DNA from: Acholeplasmataceae bacterium
GTDB lineage: Bacteria; Bacillota_I; Bacilli_A; Acholeplasmatales; Acholeplasmataceae
Assembly (NCBI GenBank): GCA_963675245.1
Contig: OY775910.1
Span: forward strand, 32,001 to 96,000
DNA: 64,000 nucleotides
Direction: 5' to 3'
Shown: in pieces, positions 43,817 to 53,700 of the stretch
How the letters are laid out: each line of letters starts with the position of its first letter
Numbering within the stretch: the stretch's first letter is position 1
Program-made: the position numbers and the translations under genes
Notes under the pieces: model-generated
Told to the model about the DNA's origin: nothing
The model's input: the letters and a program-made list of their open reading frames with translations, nothing else
Databases searched by the model: none

Positions 43817-44011
43817 TTTGTTTAAAAAACTCTCATAATCTTTTGGTCTCTTTGCAAAGTATTTTTCATTGTAATCATCTAGAATTAATTTATAGTTAGG
43901 TGTTATTTCAAATGGATCGTTAAAACTACTAACTCTTGAATAGACAAAGCAAGAGTATAAAATGTTATCATAAATATAATCATCACATTTTCTATACTTG
44001 TATAGTTTCAT
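43817..44011 (-). pseudogene. DUF2971-like gene truncated by the IS21 end
   Basis: MKLYKYR...SSFNDPFE start; the frame runs into the IS terminus (AAA|TGTCAATAG). Confidence 0.75.
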
Positions 44012-44018
44012 AATTGAT

Positions 44019-44231
44019 CTAACTAAAGCATTTTAAAATATTTAAATGCATCTTCAATTTTTTCTTATGATCGATTGGACATGGATGAACCCTTTGTGTT
44101 TCTGAAATTCGATTTGGTACTTTTCTAGTAAAAATTCCACATTGTTCCTTCATATCTGCAATCCAACAAGTCTTTACAGAACAATTATATTTAACTTTTA
44201 TGTAATCTCGCATAGTTTTGTATGTAACCAT
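44019..44231 (-). pseudogene. Small protein resembling the RlmD/RumA C-terminal extension, frameshifted near its end
   Basis: TYK..DYIKVKY..VKTCWIADMKEQCG...PNR...HPCP; the expected tail KIEDAFKYFKML* lies in the -1 frame after an A-run. Confidence 0.6.
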
Positions 44232-44509
44232 AATATCAACTCCCCTTTTTATAATTATAGCAAAAATGAATAATAAAAACGAGGTTTATTGTGAAATCAG
44301 ATTACAACTAAATTAAATATTGTGACTTCGAGAATTGCTCATATTTTGTATCGTGACCTTTCTTACATAACAATTCTAAATTCTTGTCTTTTTTTACGTT
44401 TTTAGATAAAGTTCAAATTCCTTGGAATCTCAAAAAAACCTCGTTTTTACCAAAAATTCTAATTCCCTCTCGAGAAAGCATGTTTTTCACCATATGTGAA
44501 CATAAAATA

Positions 44510-44545
44510 AGGGTAAAATAAATGAAAACTCACTGATTTTACCCT
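44510..44545 (-). terminator. Hairpin, likely terminator of minus-strand transcription
   Basis: AGGGTAAAAT...ATTTTACCCT stem with an inner TGA/TCA pair; T-rich tail on the minus strand. Confidence 0.55.
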
Positions 44546-44635
44546 AAAATATACGAAAGGTTGCTTTATGTAAAATTGTTAAAAACGTCTCTATTAAGCT
44601 GTTAAACTTTAAAAATATACTAGGTATAATCAACC

Positions 44636-44710
44636 TGTCTTGTCCTTACGGAGTTTTTACTCTATTTCCAACGGAGTTTTGCTTTTTTTCGGACGGGGTT
44701 GTTTTTTTTG
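44636..44710. mobile_element. Orphan transposon-type terminus
   Basis: Starts TGTCTTGTCC, followed by three ACGG(A/G)GTT repeats at 44648, 44671 and 44693 (23/22-bp period). Confidence 0.55.
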
Positions 44711-44743
44711 TGATGAAGGTAAGTCATCTGGATAGTCTAGTTT

Positions 44744-45334
44744 TTAAGAATGATTTAACCTGATTTCATCTATTTGAATTATTATGTCTGCTTTCTCTTT
44801 AATATTAAAATGCTCAAAATATTCATTTTCCATAGGAAGCCATTCATTGATAAATCGATTAATTTTATTAAAGTCATTTCTTTTGGTGATGCGTTTAATT
44901 TGTGTTTCATTATCAATATCAAGAAAAATATTTAAATCAGCATAATGATTAAATTTTGGATGAAGTGCATAACTTCCTTCAATAATTAAATATTTAGGAT
45001 TTTCAATCTTCACTTCTTTTGTAAAATCCATAATTGAACAATCAAATATTTTATAACTAAAATGCTCATGATGAAGATGATTAATTACTTCATCAATAAA
45101 TCTCTCATAATGTATATTTCCACCTTGTTCTTTTAATCTACTTTTCGTTCTTAATGCTATAGGTAAAAAGAAGTCATCCATGTGAATGACTTCTGCATTT
45201 ATTTGATCCTGTAAATATGCAGTTAGTGTTGATTTACCACTTGCTGCTTTTCCATCAATTGCTATTACAAATGGTTTTTTATCAGGTTTAATATTCTTTA
45301 TCAGACTTAATATTTTTTTATAAGATTTATTCAT
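44744..45334 (-). CDS. Uridine-kinase-like P-loop NTPase
   Basis: IAIDGKAASGKST, HMDDFF, IIEGSY and WLPMENEYF motifs. Confidence 0.85.
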   Translation of the reverse strand: MNKSYKKILSLIKNIKPDKKPFVIAIDGKAASGKSTLTAYLQDQINAEVIHMDDFFLPIALRTKSRLKEQGGNIHYERFIDEVINHLHHEHFSYKIFDCSIMDFTKEVKIENPKYLIIEGSYALHPKFNHYADLNIFLDIDNETQIKRITKRNDFNKINRFINEWLPMENEYFEHFNIKEKADIIIQIDEIRLNHS

Positions 45335-45875
45335 TAAATTTAAATGCTCCTAATTGTGAAAATGTTTTTACGATTGGTGGAATGATGATGAATTGAATAA
45401 TAATGCCTGGCCATGCAATAATAAATGCCCCTTGTACAAACATCATTAGTGTAAAATCAGTTCCAAATATACCTATGATATATTGAACGACTCCCCAAAC
45501 TATTCTACCACATATCATTGCTATACTTAGAGCTATTATAGTTCTAACGATGATATTTTTATGACGTATATTTCTAAATACTAGACCAGTAATTAAGCCA
45601 TATGTAGCAAGTTCAAAAGTCATTGCAAATCCAATGGGATAAATGATTGGTGCGCCAAAAACAAAAAATCTAGAAATAGGCAATACTAAACCTATAATCA
45701 AACCATACCAAGGGCCTAAAATAACACCACCAATTAGCACTGGGATATGCATAGGTAAAAGCATATTTCCTATTTGTGGTATTTGTCCAGTAAGTAATGG
45801 TAGTAACCAACCAATAGCAATTAATAATGCCGCAAAAGTAAGTTTATGTATATTAGTCGATGTTGATGATTTCAT
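45327..45875 (-). CDS. ECF transporter S component
   Basis: LLPMHIPVL, GPWYG and ELATYG; about 6 TM. Confidence 0.88.
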   Translation of the reverse strand: MKSSTSTNIHKLTFAALLIAIGWLLPLLTGQIPQIGNMLLPMHIPVLIGGVILGPWYGLIIGLVLPISRFFVFGAPIIYPIGFAMTFELATYGLITGLVFRNIRHKNIIVRTIIALSIAMICGRIVWGVVQYIIGIFGTDFTLMMFVQGAFIIAWPGIIIQFIIIPPIVKTFSQLGAFKFNE

Positions 45876-46719
45876 ATACTCTTGAACCTACTCCAATCTT
45901 TTCAGCAGCTTCAATCGTATGTACACCATGTTTTTCTTCAATACGTTCAATTAATTCTTTCTTACCCTCATCATCAGATGCATAAACTAAATCTAAACAT
46001 GCTTGGTCTAATGCTACTGGATCTAAAGAAGCTAAAATACCAATATCTTTCATTTCTGGATCTTTAGGATGAGAATCACAATCACAATCAATTGACATTC
46101 TAATCATCATATTAATGAAAACCATATTACTCTTAAAATGATCAACAATTGACTTATCCGCATCAGCCATTGATTCCAAAAATTTATCTTGTTCACAATC
46201 CCACATGTGTTCAGGATCTCCACCACCATGAATAAATCCTTTACCAAATTTAGAAGCTACACCTATACTTAAATTCTTAAGTGCACCACCAAATCCACCC
46301 ATTGCGTGACCTTTAAAGTGTGATAAGACTAACATTGATTCATAATTAAGTAAGTTTTTTCCTACATAGTTTTTATCAATCACATTAAATGGATTAACTG
46401 GTAAGATAATATCTCCATCTGCATCCATAATATCAACTTCTGCAATTTCATTAAATCCGTGATCTTTAATTGCTTGTAAATGATCTTTAGTTTCATATCT
46501 TTTTCCTGGATATGCTGTGTTACATTCAACAATTGTTCCATTTACATGTTCAACTAATTGCTTCATTTCGTAAGGTTTAATATAGTTGTTTCCTCCTGGT
46601 TCACCAGAATGTACTTTTACCGCAACTTTACCTTTTAATTCTTTTCCTAATTGTTTATATATATTTAATAATTGTTCACCTGATGTTGAACGAGTAAAAT
46701 AAACTTTTGATTTTTCCAT
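45853..46719 (-). CDS. DUF362 family Fe-S protein
   Basis: VKVHSGE, SHFKGH, GGALKNL, DCDC and DPVALDQAC motifs. Confidence 0.85.
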   Translation of the reverse strand: MEKSKVYFTRSTSGEQLLNIYKQLGKELKGKVAVKVHSGEPGGNNYIKPYEMKQLVEHVNGTIVECNTAYPGKRYETKDHLQAIKDHGFNEIAEVDIMDADGDIILPVNPFNVIDKNYVGKNLLNYESMLVLSHFKGHAMGGFGGALKNLSIGVASKFGKGFIHGGGDPEHMWDCEQDKFLESMADADKSIVDHFKSNMVFINMMIRMSIDCDCDSHPKDPEMKDIGILASLDPVALDQACLDLVYASDDEGKKELIERIEEKHGVHTIEAAEKIGVGSRVYEIINID

Positions 46720-46746
46720 TTGAGATCTCCTTTTATATTTTGATAA

Positions 46747-47721
46747 CTATTTTAACTCATTAGTAGATAATGCACCAACAACATTGTGAGCCATGTAAAG
46801 TTCTTCTAAATAATCAATATCTTCTTGTGTTAATTTTACATCTATTGAAGAAATAGCATCTTCTAAATGTTTGATTTTTGTTACGCCTACAATCGGTGCT
46901 GCAACACCTTGCTTAGATAGTAACCATGCCATCGATATTTGAGCCATTGAAATATTATATTTTTTTGCTAATTCTTCAACACGTAGTACAATTGGATAAT
47001 CTAAATCTCGATTAAAGTCGTACTTTCTTTTGGCAAACTGATCGTTTTTACTTCTATTTGATTCGGCATCCCATTTACGAGCAACACGTCCACCAGCTAG
47101 TGGTGAGTAAGGTGTCATGATTACACCTTCTTCTAATAAAAGTTTAACCATTTCTCTCTCTTCTTCACGATAGATTAAGTTATAGTGATTTTGCATAGAA
47201 ACAAATGTATGCCAACCATGCTTTCTTGCTGTTTCTTGAGCTTTTAAAAACTGATATGCATACATTGCAGATGCACCAATATATCTAACTTTTCCTTCTT
47301 CTATCACTTGGTTTAGTGTTTCCATTGTTTCTTCAATTGATGTGTCATAATCCCAACGGTGGATAATCAATAAATCAATGTAAGTTGTTTGAAGTTTTTT
47401 AAGTGACATATCTACTTCTCGAAGGATTGCATTTCGTGAAAGTCCACCTTCATTAAATCTTACTTTTGTAGCAATCACAACATCTTCTCTTTTTGCATAT
47501 TTTTTTAGGGCATTCCCTAAATAGATTTCACTTGATCCACCATTATACATATTTGCAGTATCAAAGAAATTAATGCCTAAATCTAATGCTCGTTTAACCA
47601 TTGCATTAGTTTCTTCTTGATTCAACAACCAACTATCAGGATTCCCTTTTGAATCTCCGAAAGTCATACAACCTAAACAGATTCTTGATATATTTGTATT
47701 ACCTAATTTTGTATATTCCAT
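46747..47721 (-). CDS. Aldo/keto reductase
   Basis: LGCMTFG, FFDTANMY, VIATKV, IHRWD and PYSPLAGG motifs. Confidence 0.93.
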   Translation of the reverse strand: MEYTKLGNTNISRICLGCMTFGDSKGNPDSWLLNQEETNAMVKRALDLGINFFDTANMYNGGSSEIYLGNALKKYAKREDVVIATKVRFNEGGLSRNAILREVDMSLKKLQTTYIDLLIIHRWDYDTSIEETMETLNQVIEEGKVRYIGASAMYAYQFLKAQETARKHGWHTFVSMQNHYNLIYREEEREMVKLLLEEGVIMTPYSPLAGGRVARKWDAESNRSKNDQFAKRKYDFNRDLDYPIVLRVEELAKKYNISMAQISMAWLLSKQGVAAPIVGVTKIKHLEDAISSIDVKLTQEDIDYLEELYMAHNVVGALSTNELK

Positions 47722-47741
47722 TGTTTTTTCCTTCCAATTTT

Positions 47742-48332
47742 TTATAATCTTCTACCGTTTGGTAGAGAATTTACTAAATTCAGGTCTAATGCCTTTACTA
47801 CTTTAGCTGGATTACCAACAGCTACTGCATAATCTGGAACATCTTTTGTGACGACAGATCCAGCACCAACGATTGCATATTCACCAATTGTAACACCAGG
47901 TAAAATCGTGACTCTTGCACCTATCCAAGCAAACTTCTTTATAAGTACTGGTTTACAAATTACGATGTGTCTTTCGTAAAAATCATGATTAACTGTTAAA
48001 ACAGTGACCTGGGGTGCAATCTGGACACCTTCTTCAATTTCAACACCACCTGCACATGAACCAACAAATGAATGATTGATAAATGCCGTATCATGAATAT
48101 TCGTTTGATTACCGAAATCAATAGTAAATGGGGTTAAAATTCTTACCTTTGACATATCTTTATCAAAAATTTCATTTAGCTTAGATGTATTATCTTCAAG
48201 CGGAGACAACAAGTTTAGTTCATGACATAGATTTCTTGTACGAAACATTTCATCTATAGAAGGTTTGAAATAATCTTTAGTCATATCAACACGATCACCT
48301 AATCTAAGCATTTCAAAAACATCTTGTGTCAT
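47742..48332 (-). CDS. Maltose/galactoside O-acetyltransferase (hexapeptide repeat)
   Basis: [15 protein letters not shown]...[11 protein letters not shown]...GNPA; TAATG overlap with the upstream gene. Confidence 0.9.
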   Translation of the reverse strand: MTQDVFEMLRLGDRVDMTKDYFKPSIDEMFRTRNLCHELNLLSPLEDNTSKLNEIFDKDMSKVRILTPFTIDFGNQTNIHDTAFINHSFVGSCAGGVEIEEGVQIAPQVTVLTVNHDFYERHIVICKPVLIKKFAWIGARVTILPGVTIGEYAIVGAGSVVTKDVPDYAVAVGNPAKVVKALDLNLVNSLPNGRRL

Positions 48333-49180
48333 TATGCTTCCTCGTATGTAGGTGCCCATCCAGCAAAATGATCTAAGTTTTCTTCTGTACGTGTGTAATA
48401 TCTTGAACTTGTATTTAATTTTGCCATTTGAGCCATATCATCTTCTGATATTTCAAAATCAAACAAATCAATATTATCTTTAATATGATCCACATTTTTA
48501 CTACCAGGGATCACAACAAATCCCATTTGCACATGCCATTTCAGTACGATTTGAGCTGGAGATTTTTGATATTTATTAGCAAGACTAACAACAATCTCAT
48601 TTTCTAATAATTGTTTTGTATTGCCTTTACCACCAAGTGGATACCATGACATAATAAAAATATTTTCTTTATTGGTGATTTTTCTTAATTCGTCTTGTGG
48701 GAAATATGGATGACATTCTACTTGAATCACTTGAGGTTTGATTTCACATTGTTCAAGTAATGATACAATATATTCACCTTCAAAGTTAGAAATACCAATT
48801 GATTTTATTTTTCCTTCTTTGTATGCTTTTTCTAAAGCTTTATAACCTGCTTGCCAATTACCTGCTGGTTGATGAAGAAAGAGCAAATCAATATAATCTA
48901 ATCCTAGTCTTTCTAATGTTTCATCTACTGCATTTTCATTTTCATATTCTGTTGGCCATAATTTTGTAGATACAAAGATGTCTTCTCTTTTAACACCACT
49001 ACTCTTAATACCTCTACCAACTGCTCTTTCATTAACATATACATTGGCTGTATCGATTAATCGATACCCTAATTTAAGTGCTGCATCAACACTGTTTTGT
49101 GCATCTTTTGGTTCTAATAAGAATGTTCCAATACCTACGCTTGGCATTTGTACGCCATTGTTTAATGTAAAACTTTTCAT
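48332..49180 (-). CDS. Aldo/keto reductase (DkgA-like)
   Basis: [25 protein letters not shown] and VVIPGS motifs. Confidence 0.93.
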   Translation of the reverse strand: MKSFTLNNGVQMPSVGIGTFLLEPKDAQNSVDAALKLGYRLIDTANVYVNERAVGRGIKSSGVKREDIFVSTKLWPTEYENENAVDETLERLGLDYIDLLFLHQPAGNWQAGYKALEKAYKEGKIKSIGISNFEGEYIVSLLEQCEIKPQVIQVECHPYFPQDELRKITNKENIFIMSWYPLGGKGNTKQLLENEIVVSLANKYQKSPAQIVLKWHVQMGFVVIPGSKNVDHIKDNIDLFDFEISEDDMAQMAKLNTSSRYYTRTEENLDHFAGWAPTYEEA

Positions 49181-49200
49181 TTTAATTCTCCTTTTTGTTT

Positions 49201-49734
49201 TTATTTATTATTTTTAAAACCATTATTTTCTAACCATTTAGCAATCGTTAACCCAGAACTGGTCACATTCGATCCTCTAATCGCTAATGCTTGTTTTATT
49301 TCAGCTGTAGGACAACTCTTTTGTAAATCCTTAACTGAATGTCCAATTCCTGATCCTTCATGCGTGCAAAACGGATAAATACGTTTACCAGTGAAATCGT
49401 GACTTTCTAAAAATGCTAATACTGGCATAGGATATGTACCCCACCAGTTTGGATAACCTACAAAAATATTTTCATATTTTGAAATATCAATGTCACCTTG
49501 AATTTCTGGTTTTAATCCCTGTTTCAACTCTAATGATGCTTCTTTTGTACAATCATTATAATTATCTGCATAAGGTTTGATTCTTTTTATTTCAAACATG
49601 TCAGCATTTAATGATTCCTTAATAAAGTTCGCAACACGATACGTATTACCTATTTCTAATTCAACAATTTTACCTGACACATAGTTTTGACCTAATCTAG
49701 AAAAATATACAATAAGAGTGTTTGTATGTTTCAT
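49201..49734 (-). CDS. Flavodoxin
   Basis: VYFSR, GNT, VGYPNWWG and PFCTHEGSG; start moved to ATG 49734. Confidence 0.9.
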   Translation of the reverse strand: MKHTNTLIVYFSRLGQNYVSGKIVELEIGNTYRVANFIKESLNADMFEIKRIKPYADNYNDCTKEASLELKQGLKPEIQGDIDISKYENIFVGYPNWWGTYPMPVLAFLESHDFTGKRIYPFCTHEGSGIGHSVKDLQKSCPTAEIKQALAIRGSNVTSSGLTIAKWLENNGFKNNK

Positions 49735-49735
49735 T

Positions 49736-50020
49736 TTAATCACCTTCTCTAAATATTTGATTATTAATTGCTGTTTCAAATCCAAAATCTCGTTCTATTT
49801 TAAGATTACCCATAAAGTTTTGAATCGTATGGTTCGCATGATTGATACGTCTATTATCCAAATCAACATGTAATTCATAATCTAACAAAAGATGATATTC
49901 GTCTTTATAAGTAAGATTTAACACCAGATTATTATTATCGTTATACATAATGTTCATATTTTTAAAATTACCCGATAAGAAACTTTTTACCGTATCTTTC
50001 AAGTCAAATAATCCTTTCAT
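49736..50020 (-). CDS. Hypothetical protein, first gene of the MerR-controlled operon
   Basis: AGGTGG RBS; ends 2 nt before the flavodoxin start; no recognised motif. Confidence 0.6.
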   Translation of the reverse strand: MKGLFDLKDTVKSFLSGNFKNMNIMYNDNNNLVLNLTYKDEYHLLLDYELHVDLDNRRINHANHTIQNFMGNLKIERDFGFETAINNQIFREGD

Positions 50021-50093
50021 TTAGCCACCTAACTTTCTTTTTCATTTGAAATTTTTGATAGATTAAATCTCAGATTTAGAAATCTACAAACAC

Positions 50094-50124
50094 ATTATAT
50101 ATCTTGGAGTTAACTCCATGTCAA
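50094..50124 (-). promoter_or_regulatory. MerR-type promoter/operator
   Basis: TTGACA-19bp-TATAAT with the perfect palindrome TGGAGTTAACTCCA (50105-50118) in the spacer. Confidence 0.92.
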
Positions 50125-50193
50125 GGTTTTTTTCTAATTTTGTTGATTTTTTTTATTTTGAGTGTTTTAATAGTAGTAAAGGATGTGACAAAA

Positions 50194-50565
50194 ATGAAGA
50201 TCAGTGAAGTGTGTGACAAATTTAATTTATCCTCTGATACATTACGTTATTACGAAAAGATAGGTTTAATCGAAAACGTTCGACGTATCAATAGACAACG
50301 TGATTATCAAGAAAAAGATATAAATCGAATAGATTTTGTTGTTTGCATGAGAGATGCCGGTTTATCCATTGATTTCTTAAGTCAATATATAAACTTATAC
50401 AATCAGGGTAATGATACTGCGGATGAGCGAAAACAATTATTAATCGATCAGCGTGATATTTTACAAGAACGATTAAATGCTATCCAAAAATCACTCAATC
50501 GATTAAATTTCAAAATCGGACAATATGAATCCATTATGATAGAACATGAAAAAGAATTATTATAA
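50194..50565 (+). CDS. MerR family regulator (AdhR-like)
   Basis: MKISEV...SDTLRYYEKIGLI; conserved Cys in FVVCMRDAG. Confidence 0.92.
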   Translation: MKISEVCDKFNLSSDTLRYYEKIGLIENVRRINRQRDYQEKDINRIDFVVCMRDAGLSIDFLSQYINLYNQGNDTADERKQLLIDQRDILQERLNAIQKSLNRLNFKIGQYESIMIEHEKELL

Positions 50566-50608
50566 AAACTGGATTGCCTAACGGAAACTTAGTTATTCCA
50601 GTTTTTTT
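50565..50608 (+). terminator. Intrinsic terminator
   Basis: AAAACTGGA...TCCAGTTTTTTTT. Confidence 0.7.
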
Positions 50609-50785
50609 TATAATTTAAAATAATATAAACATTTTATTGTTTCAATGATTCTGATGTAAGAAAGGTAGTTCTTCTTTTTTTGAAAAAGATATTTTATTTA
50701 CTTTGATAAATATATTTGATATAATTAAGGTAATAACACGATGATTTACTCATAAATAAAATTACTCTTAAGAGGGAGGCGTAAT

Positions 50786-53700
50786 ATGAGGAAAATAATA
50801 ATTATTTTTATTTTTTTTGTGCTTTTGTTTAGTAATTCGTTAATGGTTTTTGCAGCGTTCACAGAGGGAGTTAACGCTGATTATTACCCTGATTTCATAT
50901 CTTGGGAAGAAGAACAAGCTGCTGCAGATAAATTTAATATTGAACTTGCTTCCGAGAGCTTTGTTTTACTTAAAAATGAGAATCGTGCACTACCACTCAC
51001 ACCAGACGAAACTAACATTAGTTTATTTGGTACGGGTAGTTATTATTGGTCATCACCTGGAATTCGAAGTGTAAGACCTGCTTCTGTGTATGACAGTCTT
51101 TCATCAGTAAATCTTAGTGTAAATCCAACAATTGCGAGATTTTATCAAATGAACTGGACTAATTTAGAAGAACCTTCTCTTGATAATCTTGAAGAAATGA
51201 CATATTCTTATGATATGTATGATGATGCTGCAGTCATAACTATTTGGCGATCGGTTCCAGAATGGAATGAAGTTTCATTATATGAAACACCAGGACATAC
51301 AGATTTGTTGGACCACACCTATTCTTTAACAGATAATGAAAAATCAGTTATTAATGGCTTAACAACAAAATTTGATAAGGTTATTGTGCTTATCAGTAGT
51401 GGAAACCCTATGGAATTAGGATGGCTTGAAGATCACGATGGTGTGGATGCTATTTTATGGATTGGTTATACAGGGTTAAATGGTAGAATGGCAGTTGGTC
51501 CAATGCTCGTAGGTGAAACAAATCCATCTGGTAAAACTGCTGATATTTATCCAGCAAAGTTTTCACAAGATCCAACTTGGGCAAATTTCAAAGGTAATAT
51601 CCAAGATCAACTTATCGAAGTTGACGGTGTATTATATACAAATTATATTGGTCCAGGTGATCCTGCTAATGTGCTTGCACCTGCAGAAATTTCTGGTTTG
51701 TCTAATAGCTCAGCTGAATATTTGACTTATTCACGAGTAACAGATATTTCAGGTAATACAGTAACTGTAGATGGACCAAACGATAGTGCAAGATATTTTA
51801 CATCATTAGACTATGAAGAAGGTATTTATGTTGGTTACCGTTGGTATGAAACTGCTGCACAAGAAGGATTCTTTAGTGCTGATTCACATGGGTTCACAAA
51901 TGCAGAAAGGCTGGCATCACTTGATGAAGCAGATCCAAAATATATAACACCTGATTTGTATTATAATCGATTAGATGGCGTAATTTATCCTTTTGGTTAT
52001 GGCTTAAGCTATACTACTTTTGATGTTGATATTCAAAACGTCGTACATGATGGTAGTTTATTCTTGAATGGAGATACATTGAATACCGCATATAACCAGG
52101 AAATTACTTTAAATATTTCAATTACAAATACTGGGAATTTCGCAGGTAAAAAAATAGTGGAAATCTATTACACTGCACCTTATATTACTGGCGAAATTGA
52201 AAAAGCTAGTATAAATTTAATAAATTTTGCAAAATCTGATTATTTATATCCAGGTGAATCACAAGTGATACCTGTCACCATTCGCATTCAAGATATGGCA
52301 TCATTTGATGATGTTGATGCAAATGCCGATGGTCACCAAGGTTACGAACTTGATCCTGGCACATATACTTTATCTGTTAGAGATAATTCACACGACACGT
52401 TAGATTCAATCGATGCAGTAATCGCAGGTGATATCGTTCATTACGATATTGATGCTGATACTGGTGCATCAATTGAACTTAGATTTACCCCAGAAACTGG
52501 AGATACAACTTGGGATGGTTCCAGGTCAGATTTAACATATTACAACACAAGACGTACCGCATTCATTAGTCCAAATTCACAAATGACTTACTTAACAAGA
52601 GCTGATTTTGATGGTACAATGCCAAAAGCACCAACCCCAGCTGATTTAGCATGGTCAGATGAAGCATTAATGATCTTGTTATCTCAAATTTATTATTCAT
52701 CGTTTAATGATTTACCTACAGATCCCTGGTATATTGATGAATCCGAGTTTAATGAAGGTGGATTGTACGAAGATTGGACACAAGTAAGTGAGGATGATGT
52801 TTCAGAGAGAGTTAATGGATTAGTCCCCATTCAATTATATGATATGTCTGGAGTGCCACTTGATGATCCACAATGGATCGAATTCATGAATCAATTGACA
52901 TGGGATGAAATAAGGACACTCGTTAGTAATGGTCAATATCATACTGAAGCAATAGATACTATAGGCAAACCGAGAACTAATGAGGTTGAAAATTTTAATG
53001 CTATAGGACACGGTACATTCTGGGTAAGCCAAGTCAATATAGCTTCCACATGGAATATCGATTTAGCTTACAGACACGGGCGATATTTGGGTAATGAAGC
53101 CATGTTACAAGAAATTAATGGTTTATATGGACCGAATTTAAATATACACCGCAGCCCAGCTTCTAATCTCAATTATAGTACCTATTCACAAGATGGCATA
53201 CTTGCAGGATTAATCGGACAAAATGTTGTAAAGGGAGCAACCGATAAGGGAATAGTAGTTTATATTGAAGATGCATTAATGGATGCTCAAAATACAAACC
53301 ATTATACAGTCACTACGTTTATTTCTGAGCAAGCACTGCGTGAAATGTACTTAAAACCATTTGAAATGGCCATTAAGAATGGAAATGCAAATGCATTAAT
53401 GAGTAGTTCTAATAAAATTGGTATTGTTTCATCGCAATCAAACTACAACTTACATGTTGGTTTATTAAGAGATGAATTTGGTTTTGATGCATTTTCAATA
53501 ACAAGTTATTATAGTTGGTCAACAACCCCTTCTGCAACTGGTGATATGTGTGCAAGAGTATTTCAACTACCATTAGGTCACTATACCGATACATTTGGTA
53601 GACATATTGAAGGTGAATGGGATGATGTTAACCAAAATGTTATCGTCACATTTAATGGAAATGTTACGAGTGGTACAAGATATATTAGTGATACTTCAGA

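Noticed and set aside
44548..44576. TTATGTAAAAT as a second dif-like arm
   Set aside because: The left arm and spacer do not fit the 11-6-11 layout.
50568..50602. GGATTG... hairpin upstream of the GH3-like gene as a BglG/LicT RAT antiterminator
   Set aside because: It does not match the RAT consensus beyond GGATTG and is explained as the merR terminator.
44356..50666. 13-bp inverted match ATGTAAGAAAGGT (44356-44368 and 50654-50666) flanking the MerR cassette
   Set aside because: A match this short over 6 kb of AT-rich DNA is expected by chance and does not extend.
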